NCBI GenBank assembly: GCA_945865805.1
Contig: CAMBGJ010000002.1
Span: forward strand, 1 to 42,596
Reading direction: 5' to 3'
Source of the DNA: Bordetella parapertussis
GTDB lineage: Bacteria; Pseudomonadota; Gammaproteobacteria; Burkholderiales; SG8-41
Length of the DNA stretch: 42,596 nt
Part shown: positions 1-8,350 of the stretch, piece after piece
Layout: every line of letters starts with the position of its first letter
How positions within the stretch are numbered: position 1 is the first letter of the stretch
Notes under the pieces: model-generated
Told to the model about the DNA's origin: nothing
Seen by the model: the letters and a program-made list of their open reading frames with translations, nothing else
Databases searched by the model: none
Made by a program: the position numbers and the translations under genes

Positions 1-78
1 CAGAAACTGGCAGCCAATCCGAATTGTTTACCTGAATCCGGTTCAGCACCATGCTACTGAACAAAACCTTCGAAAGGA

Positions 79-690
79 TCAACCAGAAAAACCAAAAAAA
101 GCAGCTTGACCACAACCATTCAGGCGACAACTAGCTTGAAAAATTCCGCTCCAGCCCTGCGCGTCGATCCAGCTCAGCCGTGTGGTCAATTCGTCCAGGT
201 GTTTCTCGCACGCACGTGGGCGCTTGTGCATGGTGCTATACACCTGTGTGGCGTTCATCAGGTTGTGAACCACTGGCGCCAGCGGTTTGCCGCTCGTGTC
301 GCTGACCAGCACCGAGCTTTGCAGGTCATAGCCGATATCGGTCTTGTGAGTCATTTTGCGTCGGTCGGTCTTGCTCGTGTGCCCACCAAAGTTGATACGC
401 GACCAGTCGTGCATGATCAGTCCGTAGTGTTGGCAGTGTTCGTCGAGCAGCGATCCGGCCGCGCTCAACAACGGCCGCGCAAGCTCCGGCAGGGTGACGC
501 GCGGATTGTTCAAAAAGCGCCACGCCGCCTAGGTATACGCTGCGCTGCTGCGGGTATCGGGCAACGCGCCTATGCCCGCTGCCAGCGCTTGCGCTCCACG
601 CACGTGTTGTTGCAACATGATCTCCCAGCGCGCGGCCAGCCTTACGTCTATTCGAGGTATTTCAAGGGCATGCCGCCAGCTTCTAACATG
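79..690 (-). pseudogene. IS4-family (Tn5/IS50-like) transposase relic. It has the N-terminal DNA-binding region and the start of the DDE domain, is interrupted by an in-frame TAG at 529-531, and is truncated.
   Basis: ORFs 529..822 and 79..513 share one frame and are separated only by TAG (..PDTRSSAAYT*AAWRFLNNPRVTLPEL..). This resembles the Tn5-type N-terminal signature (..AYRFxxNPxV..), followed by IMHDWSRINF (first DDE Asp region). Only about 200 of the roughly 450 aa expected are present. There is no credible start codon. Confidence 0.55.
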
Positions 691-742
691 TCTCAACCTT
701 TTGTACAACCCTTTCCCAACAAAAGATGTGTAGATGCCTATG

Positions 743-806
743 CCTTCAGGGGGAAGGGCTTTAACTTCCCTCTCCCACCGAGAGAGGGATCGAGGGTGAG
801 GGAAAG
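743..806. repeat. REP-like GC-rich palindromic element, family R1, 5'-truncated copy
   Basis: ccttcagggggaagggctttaacttccctctccc...gagggtgagggaaag aligns with the second half of the copy at 2311-2390. The nested hairpins are visible. Confidence 0.7.
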
Positions 807-828
807 AAGCACCGTGTCGCAAATTGTC

Positions 829-1182
829 TCAAGGTAATGTAATCCTCAATAGTTTGTCCGTCGAATCGTAGCACTGTTGACAAAAAGGCCCATCTTCCGT
901 GGTACCGTCATTTAACCAATACGATGGCGCTTTAAACAGTATTTTTCCCCGAACGAGCGCGGCTTGTTCGAGTGCCTTTATTTTCTTGTCTCGTTCGTCG
1001 ATTACGTCTTGAATAGCTACAATTTCTAATTTGGCATCAGCGAGTTTCTCTACCAATTCAGCAAGCTTGAGTTTGTATTCTGCCTGCTCAAGAGTCGTGC
1101 CACTTTCACGTACTAACCTGGCAATATCTGATGCTGACTTGATGCTGGATAGAACGGCTGAAATTGCAGCTATGTCTGGCAA
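829..1182 (-). CDS. Hypothetical coiled-coil protein ending in a half zinc-ribbon (PFCQQCYDS...). It is probably 3'-truncated.
   Basis: 117-aa ORF in a visibly AT-richer stretch than its surroundings. It shows heptad-like KLKLAELVEKLADAKLEI. A single CxxC sits at the C-terminus with no partner CxxC before the stop, which abuts the repeat/IS relic. Confidence 0.45.
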   Translation of the reverse strand: MPDIAAISAVLSSIKSASDIARLVRESGTTLEQAEYKLKLAELVEKLADAKLEIVAIQDVIDERDKKIKALEQAALVRGKILFKAPSYWLNDGTTEDGPFCQQCYDSTDKLLRITLP

Positions 1183-1302
1183 TTTATACTCCTCAAGAAA
1201 TCAATTTCTCAACAGACGTAAGTTGAGTAGCCCACGCATCGTAGCACCGCATGATTCATTGCACATCTGCCTGCATTACCACGCTGCATACTCCTTGCCC
1301 GC

Positions 1303-2301
1303 TTATTGCCCCTTCAACCCAATAGCCTTAACCACCCCCTTCATCTCCTTCAACCGCGCAACAAGATAAGACCGCAACTGCTCCGGCGTATCGTCCGCCG
1401 TGGATTCATACCCCATCGAAGCCAGTTTCTCGGTCATAGCCGGCGCACGCATGGCACTGGCCACCGCTGCGTGTAGTTGCGCAATAATCGCCTTGGGCGT
1501 CCTCGCAGGCGCAAACAATCCCAGCCAGGTGGTTGACTCATACCCAGGCAACCCGGATTCCGCGATGGTCGGCACATCTGGCACGCTGCGTGCCCGTGCT
1601 GGGCCGCCCACGGCCAGCAGGCGTATGTCGCCGCGCTTGATGAAGGGCGCCAGCACCGGCAGGTTTTCGATCAGCACGTCGATACGCCCGCCCACCAGAT
1701 CGACCAGCGCGGGTGCGGTGCCTTTGTATGGCACGTTGGTCATTTGCACCCCGGCCATGATCTTGAACAACTCGCCGCCCAGGTGCGAGGTGCTGCCTAT
1801 GCCCGATGAGCCGATGTTCATTCCACCCGCCTTCACCTTCGCCAGCGCGATGACGTCTTTCACCGATTTCACCGGCAAATCCTTGCGCACCACCATCACC
1901 ATATGACTGGTGGTGGCGCGCGTGATCGGCTCGAAATCACGCAGTGGGTCGTACGCCAGATTCGGAATCATCGCCGGGTTGATGGTCATGGAGCCGGGCG
2001 TGCACACCAGCAGCGTGTAGCCATCCGGTGCGGCCTTGGCGGCGATTTCGGCGCCGATGGCGCCGCCCGCGCCCACGCGATTGTCCGATACAAACGAGAC
2101 GCCCAAGCGTTCGGTCAGGATACCGGCAATGATGCGGCCTACCAGATCAGTGCCGCCGCCGGGTGGAAACGGAATGATCACGCGCACGGGGCGCTCGGGG
2201 TAGGCGGCGTGCGCTGGCAGGCCAGCCAGCAACGCGATCAGTATCAAAGAGATGCGCAGCAAATTTATAAATTTTCCGAGTCTGTTCAGTTTAAGTGGCA
2301 C
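1303..2301 (-). CDS. Bug-family (TctC-like) tripartite tricarboxylate transporter periplasmic substrate-binding protein
   Basis: 332 aa. It has a signal peptide (LILIALLAGLPAHA) and typical Bug motifs: YPERPVRVIIPFPPGGGTD, VPYKGTAPALVDLVGGRID and WLGLFAPARTPK. Confidence 0.9.
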   Translation of the reverse strand: MPLKLNRLGKFINLLRISLILIALLAGLPAHAAYPERPVRVIIPFPPGGGTDLVGRIIAGILTERLGVSFVSDNRVGAGGAIGAEIAAKAAPDGYTLLVCTPGSMTINPAMIPNLAYDPLRDFEPITRATTSHMVMVVRKDLPVKSVKDVIALAKVKAGGMNIGSSGIGSTSHLGGELFKIMAGVQMTNVPYKGTAPALVDLVGGRIDVLIENLPVLAPFIKRGDIRLLAVGGPARARSVPDVPTIAESGLPGYESTTWLGLFAPARTPKAIIAQLHAAVASAMRAPAMTEKLASMGYESTADDTPEQLRSYLVARLKEMKGVVKAIGLKGQ

Positions 2302-2310
2302 AGTCTACCG

Positions 2311-2390
2311 CCTCCCTCATCCCCACCCTTCTCCCGAAGGGAGAAGGGCTTTTAACCCCTCGCCCGCCGGGAGGGCAGGGTGAGGGAAAA
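2311..2390. repeat. REP-like element, family R1, full copy
   Basis: cctccctcatccccacccttctcccgaagggagaagggcttttaacccctcgcccgccgggagggcagggtgagggaaaa. Its reverse complement is nearly identical to the copy at 3450-3534. Confidence 0.8.
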
Positions 2391-2467
2391 CGGCGCATCA
2401 TTGCCTCGCATCGAATAGTTACAACTTTTCTTAACTATCAATTGCTTACAATAATCTCTCGAATCGC

Positions 2468-3280
2468 TCACGCATCCGGCACCGACGGATAAACATCACC
2501 ATAATATTTGCGTATCTCCGCGATCTGCTCGACACCCGGCGGCTGGTATTGCAGCCGCTTACTGGTAAATAATCCGCCGGAAAGCCGCGCAGTTTTCACC
2601 GCCATCTCGCCCATTTTCACCAGCGCGGTAATGCCGTTGAGTATCGGCACGCCGGGCCGCACTTCGTGCAAATCCAGTATCGCCAGCAGCGCCATCGCCA
2701 CGCCACCAGCGGGGATGATCACTTCCGCGCCCTGCTCGTCGACCAGATGGCGCGCGGCAGCCATAAAATCATCGGCGATTTTTTGCCGCACCACCGGGTC
2801 GGTGTAACCGTCCTTGAGGTTGAGAATGCGGTTCATGGTCATCATGCGCGCACCGACGCAACGCCCTTGCAGGCCATACCGCTGCACGTTTTCCAGCACG
2901 CGCGGGGTGAATTTTTCATTGATGGTCACAAAACCAAAGTTGCCGCCCATCATCTTGGCGAGATGGCTTGAGGCCTCGCACAGGCCCAGCACGGGAAAAT
3001 TGGCGATCTCCTTGCATTCACGCAGGCCCGGATCGGCGATATTGCCGATGAGAAACGCATCGAAGCCTTGCCGCATGGCCGTCTGCACATTGGTCATCAC
3101 TTCGCCCGCCTCGAGGTATTCAAGATAGCGATACTGATCGGCGATGCCACCGACCTTGGTGATGCCGTGCATTTCGATTTCGGTGCCGGGGTCTTTGATC
3201 TTGTCCAGAAACGTGGTGAGAAAACCATGATAGCCGCCCCAGGCGGCCGTGCGCGACATGCTTTGATACCAGAGTTTCAT
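2468..3280 (-). CDS. Asp/Glu/hydantoin racemase-family protein (divergent)
   Basis: The ORF is 2468..3325 and I place the start at MKLWYQSM (ATG 3280). Racemase-like motifs are present: FLIGNIADPGL, PVLGLCEAS and EVIIPAGGVAMAL. The second catalytic Cys motif is not evident. Confidence 0.6.
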   Translation of the reverse strand: MKLWYQSMSRTAAWGGYHGFLTTFLDKIKDPGTEIEMHGITKVGGIADQYRYLEYLEAGEVMTNVQTAMRQGFDAFLIGNIADPGLRECKEIANFPVLGLCEASSHLAKMMGGNFGFVTINEKFTPRVLENVQRYGLQGRCVGARMMTMNRILNLKDGYTDPVVRQKIADDFMAAARHLVDEQGAEVIIPAGGVAMALLAILDLHEVRPGVPILNGITALVKMGEMAVKTARLSGGLFTSKRLQYQPPGVEQIAEIRKYYGDVYPSVPDA

Positions 3281-3449
3281 GCGGATTCCTCTCAAATGCG
3301 GTTGATCGATTCTGGCGGGCAGCATAGCGCACCGAGGCGAATCGAGAAAGTGTGGTTACCTGTGACCGCGCAGCTGTGGCAAACTCCGGTCAGGTTGAAC
3401 GATCATTGAACCGTAGTAACGATTCAGATTCCTGCGGCACGTGCAAAAA

Positions 3450-3534
3450 CCTTCCCTCACCCCCGGCCCCTCTCCCGGAGGGCGAGGGGTGAAAAGCCCT
3501 TCTCCCCTCAGTAGAAGGGTTGGAATGAGGGAGG
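3450..3534. repeat. REP-like element, family R1, full copy in inverted orientation relative to 2311-2390
   Basis: ccttccctcacccccggcccctctcccggagggcgaggggtgaaaagcccttctcccctcagtagaagggttggaatgagggagg. Confidence 0.8.
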
Positions 3535-3570
3535 CAGTTCTCTCGAAGCCAAATAGTTACAAGACCCCAC

Positions 3571-5190
3571 ATGAAAATCGCTGACTACCTGCTACAAACC
3601 CTCGAACAAAACGGCGTCACACATATCTTCGGTAACCCCGGCACCACCGAGTTACCTCTGGTGAAAGCCTGTGAGCAACGCGGCAAATTGAAATACGTCG
3701 TTGCGTTATCGGAAGTCTCCGCCGTGCCGATGGCCGACGGCTACGCGCGTGCCACGCGTTCGCTCGGCGTGGTCAATCTGCATGTCGCGCCGGGGCTGGG
3801 TAATGGCATGGGCACGCTCTACACAGCGGGCATCGCAGGCACGCCGTTGCTGGTGCTGGTGGGCGGACAGGACCGGCGCTTTTTACACACCAACCCGATC
3901 CTGTGGGGGCCGGTGGAAAAAATGGCGGGCGCGGTGTGCAAGGCCGTGTTCATGTTGAACACCACCTTCGATGCCGCCGCTAACATCCGCCGCGCGCTGC
4001 GTGCGGCACTGACGCCGCCGTACGGCCCGGTGGCGCTGATCTGTCCGCCCGATCTACTGGAAACCGATATTGACGCCAAACCCGCCAGCGTCACACCAGC
4101 AACATTGGCGGCTCTGGATAAAGCGCAGGTTGCCGCTTACGCCAAATTTCTTTCCAGCGCGAAAAACCCCGCCATCATCGCCGCCGAAGATGTGCATTGG
4201 GACAACGCCAGCGGCGAACTGGAAAAACTCGCTGCAGCCCTGGGCGCGCCGGTGTATGCCGCGCCGTACACCGGTGTACTGCCGGTTTCGAGCACGTCGA
4301 AGGTGTACGCGGGTTATTTGCCGCCGAGCCTGAAGCAGGTGGCGGATCGGCTGGCCGCGCACGATGCGTTGTTGTGTGTGGGCGGACGCGGCTTGCGCAA
4401 TACGTTGTACGCCGAGGCCTCGCTGCCGCAAAAGAAAGCGTGGCTCGGCCATGAGTCATCCGCGCAGGCACCCGGTGGTGATGAGGGCGAATACACGCTG
4501 GCGACGGTCACTAACCTCAAACCCTCGTTGGCCGCCATCACGGCCGCCATGCGCAAACGCCCACCCAGCGGCAAGCCCGCGCGTGCAGCGCTCGATCTGC
4601 CCGCGCGCAACGCCCTTGTGCTGCACCCCACGCTCGCCATACACGCACTGCTGAAAAAATACGCCAACGCAATCTGGGTGGACGAATCGGGCTTGTCCAC
4701 CTCCGACGTGCGTCAGTGGATGAATCTCAAGGCCGGCGACTATCTGATCAACGGCAGCGGCGGCATCGGCTGGGGGCTGGCGGGTTCGGTGGGCGCTGCC
4801 ATCGCACAACTGTCGAACAAAAATGCGCGGCAAGTCGTCGCGGTGATCGGCGACGGCTCGGCGCTGTATGCCTCCGAAGCGTTGTGGACTGCCAGTCATC
4901 ACGGCACGAAAATCCTGTTGGTGATTCTGTCGAACCGGCGCTACGCCACGTTGAACGCAGCGGCGACGCGCTTGGCGGGCGGGCCGCTGAAATCATTCAC
5001 CATCGAGCCGCCGGTGATCGATTTCAGCGGGCTGGCGAAGCTGTATGACTGGCGCTATATGCCGGTGAGTAGCGAAGCGCAAATGGGCGCCGCATTGACC
5101 AAACTGGGCAATCCGTTAAAACAAAACACGCTACTGGAAATTCACCTCGACCCGGACGTGCAACCGGTCACTGCGTCACGGCATTTTTAA
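3571..5190 (+). CDS. Thiamine-diphosphate-dependent enzyme (benzoylformate decarboxylase / acetolactate synthase large-subunit superfamily)
   Basis: 539 aa. The N-terminus is GVTHIFGNPGTTELPL and the ThDP-binding motif is IGDGSALYASEALWTASHHGTKILLVILSNRRY. Confidence 0.85.
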   Translation: MKIADYLLQTLEQNGVTHIFGNPGTTELPLVKACEQRGKLKYVVALSEVSAVPMADGYARATRSLGVVNLHVAPGLGNGMGTLYTAGIAGTPLLVLVGGQDRRFLHTNPILWGPVEKMAGAVCKAVFMLNTTFDAAANIRRALRAALTPPYGPVALICPPDLLETDIDAKPASVTPATLAALDKAQVAAYAKFLSSAKNPAIIAAEDVHWDNASGELEKLAAALGAPVYAAPYTGVLPVSSTSKVYAGYLPPSLKQVADRLAAHDALLCVGGRGLRNTLYAEASLPQKKAWLGHESSAQAPGGDEGEYTLATVTNLKPSLAAITAAMRKRPPSGKPARAALDLPARNALVLHPTLAIHALLKKYANAIWVDESGLSTSDVRQWMNLKAGDYLINGSGGIGWGLAGSVGAAIAQLSNKNARQVVAVIGDGSALYASEALWTASHHGTKILLVILSNRRYATLNAAATRLAGGPLKSFTIEPPVIDFSGLAKLYDWRYMPVSSEAQMGAALTKLGNPLKQNTLLEIHLDPDVQPVTASRHF

Positions 5191-6405
5191 CCCGCTTGCG
5201 GTGGGCAACGTGCGCCGCTGCTCAAAGGCCGTGATCGCCCGCGCCAGCCGTTCAACATCGGCTGCGCTCATGCCTTCGTGAGCGGGCAGATATAACAGCC
5301 GCGCAAAGGTGCGCGCCGCTTCAACCGCGGGCGCGGCACCGGGCGGCGCGGGCACCACGCCGAGGCTCGACGCGCTATACGCCGCGTCGAACCCCTGCTC
5401 CGCCAGATGGCGTATCAGCGCATCTCCCGCGTCGTGCGTTACCGGAAATATCCAGTGACGGTGCTGTGCGCCGTGCGCGCCCACGCATCGCTGCGCGCCC
5501 ACCAGGGATTGCAATTGCCGCGCACGCTCGATACGACATAGCGCGCTCGTCTGTTCGTGTTGCGCCAGCCGACGGTGCAGCAATTGCAGCAATGGCGGCG
5601 AAGGTTGGCGGCGTATCTTGGTAAAAAAATCGCCACCGGCAAAACCGCGCGCGGCACCGGACACCAGCTTTTCATGGGTGGTGCCGCACGCACGACACAG
5701 CGCCGCGAGTACGCCATACAACACGGGGTGGGCGAATGGCGCGAGTGCGGCATATTTCAACAGGCGCAAAAAATAAGCACCGCGCGCTTGCAACGGCCAG
5801 CGCGCCATGTGCGCACGCACACGATCACGCAAGGCCGCGTCGCGAAAACTCAGCACCGCGCCGCCCAGCGCCGTGGCAGGCTTCACCGGGCCGAAGCTGA
5901 ACAGACTGACATCGGCGCGCGCCTCGCCACGCCACAGGTCGCCGGTATACGCCTGTGCGCCGTCTTCAATCAGTAAGTATTTGTTTTTATTACGGAATTC
6001 TGAAATTGCCTGCATCGGCATGCGGCTCCCGAAGAGATGCGCCACCAGCACCGCGCGGGTGCGTGGCGTGCGCGCCGCCTCAAGCGCTTGCATCGAGACT
6101 TGCAGCGTTTGCAGATCAAGATCGACCGGCACCGGCACCAGCCCGTGGGCCTCGATGATGCGCGGCATATCGGCAATATTGACTGCGGAGACCAACACCT
6201 CGCTGCCCGACGGCAACGCCAGCACGGCAAGCAGGGCATCGAGGCCGCTGCGCACCGACAGGCACACGAGATTGGCGCGGGCGTCCCACGCAGTTTCTAT
6301 CGAATGGCGCAGCTTTGCCGCATCGCCCGACAAGATGCAACCGCACAACCCGCTCGCGAGGTCAGCCCAGTCGATGTCGATGCGTTTGCGGGGAATCATC
6401 GGCAC
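5176..6405 (-). CDS. DegT/DnrJ/EryC1/StrS-family PLP-dependent aminotransferase
   Basis: 409 aa. Fold-type I signature LLIEDGAQAY...DVSLFSFGPVKP with the candidate PLP Lys. Start is GTG at 6405 or ATG at 6399. The 3' end overlaps the convergent ThDP gene by 15 bp. Confidence 0.75.
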   Translation of the reverse strand: MPMIPRKRIDIDWADLASGLCGCILSGDAAKLRHSIETAWDARANLVCLSVRSGLDALLAVLALPSGSEVLVSAVNIADMPRIIEAHGLVPVPVDLDLQTLQVSMQALEAARTPRTRAVLVAHLFGSRMPMQAISEFRNKNKYLLIEDGAQAYTGDLWRGEARADVSLFSFGPVKPATALGGAVLSFRDAALRDRVRAHMARWPLQARGAYFLRLLKYAALAPFAHPVLYGVLAALCRACGTTHEKLVSGAARGFAGGDFFTKIRRQPSPPLLQLLHRRLAQHEQTSALCRIERARQLQSLVGAQRCVGAHGAQHRHWIFPVTHDAGDALIRHLAEQGFDAAYSASSLGVVPAPPGAAPAVEAARTFARLLYLPAHEGMSAADVERLARAITAFEQRRTLPTASGLKMP

Positions 6406-6422
6406 GACCGACTATCAGGCCG

Positions 6423-6487
6423 CTTCCCTCACCCCCTGCCCCACTGCTCCGCCTTCAGTGTTTCCTGATCCCAGAGGGCGAGGGGAG
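6423..6487. repeat. REP-like element, family R1, diverged copy
   Basis: cttccctcaccccctgcccc...cccagagggcgaggggag shares the terminal arms of R1. Confidence 0.55.
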
Positions 6488-6496
6488 ATTCGAGAT

Positions 6497-6520
6497 ACAA
6501 ATGAATTGATATTCATTTGT
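6497..6520. repeat. Perfect 10-bp inverted repeat with a 4-nt loop (AT-rich hairpin)
   Basis: acaaatgaat-tgat-attcatttgt lies directly downstream of the GST stop (6528, minus strand). Confidence 0.8.
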
Positions 6521-6527
6521 GCAAGCT

Positions 6528-7145
6528 TCAGTTGGGTGGCGTCCAATCCGGCGGCTGGGTCTTCACAAAAGAAGGCCGTGCCGCGATGCCGGCATGCCAG
6601 GCTTTCAACTTCGGCGAGGTCGCGCGCCAGTCATGCGGATAACGGAAATCAACATACTGCAGCGCGACGCCCAATATCAGATCAGCAATGCTCAAACGAT
6701 TGCCAACGAGGAATTCGCCGCCCTTGAAGCTCGATTCGCCCAGCGCAATCGCGCGCCGCACACGCGCGGCTTCACGCTCCATTTTGTCCTGCAACTGATG
6801 TTCCGGCGGGCGGCGGGTTTCGAAGATGCGCTGAATCGCCGCATCGATAATGCCATTGCCAAGCGACTGCCAACGTTGCGCTTCCCAATAGCCGACCGGA
6901 TCGCGCGGGGTGAACGAACGGCCATCAACGTGATCAAGAAAATGCACGATCAGCACCGATTCAAAAATGTAATCGTTGGGGGCGATTTCCAGTGCGGGCA
7001 CTTTCGAGAGCGGATTTTTTTCAATGATCGGGCTGTTGTCGGCCCACGGATCTTCGATCACAAATTCCACCGGCAACGCCTTTTCTTCGATCAACACGCG
7101 CGCCTTGCGCACGTACGGTGATGTCAGCGATCCAAACAGCTTCAT
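6528..7145 (-). CDS. Glutathione S-transferase family protein
   Basis: The ORF is 6528..7181. I place the start at MKLFGSLTSPYVRKARV (ATG 7145), which is preceded by aggagag. The N-terminus is thioredoxin-like (SPYVRK, VPALE) and the C-terminal domain is helical. Confidence 0.8.
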   Translation of the reverse strand: MKLFGSLTSPYVRKARVLIEEKALPVEFVIEDPWADNSPIIEKNPLSKVPALEIAPNDYIFESVLIVHFLDHVDGRSFTPRDPVGYWEAQRWQSLGNGIIDAAIQRIFETRRPPEHQLQDKMEREAARVRRAIALGESSFKGGEFLVGNRLSIADLILGVALQYVDFRYPHDWRATSPKLKAWHAGIAARPSFVKTQPPDWTPPN

Positions 7146-7319
7146 AACTCTCTCCTGATTCCGGATAACTCGGATTGACAATAAAGCGCTATTCTACTCC
7201 CGTGGGCATCGGGCGGTGGTCGGCGTCGGTCGCGCTCTTTCGGCGCGCACGGAAATTCGCTACGATTGCCCCATCACGTGTTACACGTGGAAACCATCGC
7301 ACACGCCAAGGATCGCAAC

Positions 7320-8213
7320 ATGATTACCGTTACCCGCATCGGCAAACATCTCGGCGCCGAAATTTCCGGCGTCGATTTATCGCAACCGCTCGACGACAAC
7401 ACCTTCGCGCAGATCGCCAATGCCTTCTTCGACAACGAAGTGGCTTTCTTTCGCAATCAGAACCTCACGCCCGCGCAACAAATTGCCTTCACCCGCCGCT
7501 TCGGCACGCTCGAAGCGCACGTGCGCAAGGAAAGCCGCCTCGGCGGTCACGATGAAATTTTTGTGCTATCGAATAAGGTCGATGCCAATGGCAAAGCCAT
7601 TGGCGCGCAAGATGCCGGGCGCTTCTGGCACAGCGATTTGTCGTACAAACGCGAGCCAAGCATGCTGTCCGCGCTCTATTCAGTGGAGGTGCCGGTGAAA
7701 GACGGCGTGGCGCTCGGCAACACTTATTTCGCCAGTAGCACTGCTGCTTACAGCGCGCTGCCGGAGGCAACGAAGCAGCGTCTCGACACCCTGCGCAACG
7801 TGCACAGCTACCGCGAATATCGGCTCAAAAACTACGCCGCGCAGCAGGACGAGGAACGCCGTGGCATCCGCACCGTGCAGGAACACGCACCAACGCCAGA
7901 GCAGCTCGCCAGCGTGCCCGACACCGAGATGAACGTGGTGCGCGTGCACCCGGTGACGAAACGCCGCGGCCTCTTCATCAACGAAGGCCACACCGCGCAT
8001 TTGACTGGCATGTCGCGCGCCGAAAGCGATGCCGAACTCGCCAAACTGTACGCACACATCACCCAACCGGCGTTCATTTACGGCCATAGCTGGCGCGTCG
8101 GCGATCTGTTGATGTGGGACAACATCGCCGTGCAGCACAAGGCAACGTTTGATTACGATCCGCTGCCACGGCTCATGTACCGCACCACGGTGCGCGGGCC
8201 GGAAGTATTGTAA
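7320..8213 (+). CDS. TauD/TfdA-family Fe(II)/2-oxoglutarate-dependent dioxygenase
   Basis: The ORF is 7266..8213 and I place the start at MITVTRIGKHLGAEISGVDL (ATG 7320). It has the HxD iron motif WHSDLSY and the C-terminal WDNIAVQH. Confidence 0.85.
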   Translation: MITVTRIGKHLGAEISGVDLSQPLDDNTFAQIANAFFDNEVAFFRNQNLTPAQQIAFTRRFGTLEAHVRKESRLGGHDEIFVLSNKVDANGKAIGAQDAGRFWHSDLSYKREPSMLSALYSVEVPVKDGVALGNTYFASSTAAYSALPEATKQRLDTLRNVHSYREYRLKNYAAQQDEERRGIRTVQEHAPTPEQLASVPDTEMNVVRVHPVTKRRGLFINEGHTAHLTGMSRAESDAELAKLYAHITQPAFIYGHSWRVGDLLMWDNIAVQHKATFDYDPLPRLMYRTTVRGPEVL

Positions 8214-8253
8214 CTATTTGTTTTAAAACACTTTTTTCCGAAGACGAACACAC

Positions 8254-8312
8254 ATTTACACAGATAAACGCCTTCGCTGGAATGACGGGGTTGGGTTTTC
8301 ATCTGTGTAAAT
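8254..8312. repeat. 12-bp perfect inverted repeat (atttacacagat / atctgtgtaaat). It encloses a solo arm of the R2 MITE-like repeat.
   Basis: The loop sequence cgccttcgctggaatgacggggttgggtttt matches about 24 of 31 positions of the 3' arm of the element at 9101-9194. Confidence 0.65.
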
Positions 8313-8350
8313 CTGCCTTCATCTGCGTCAAGAAATTCTTAAAGGTTCAT

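Noticed and set aside
1086-1102. A sigma-54-like -24/-12 element on the minus strand (TGGCAC-gactc-TTGAG).
   Set aside because: It lies inside the 829-1182 coding sequence. It has TTGA instead of TTGC at -12. There is no downstream gene start or nearby enhancer-binding-protein gene. It is most likely chance.
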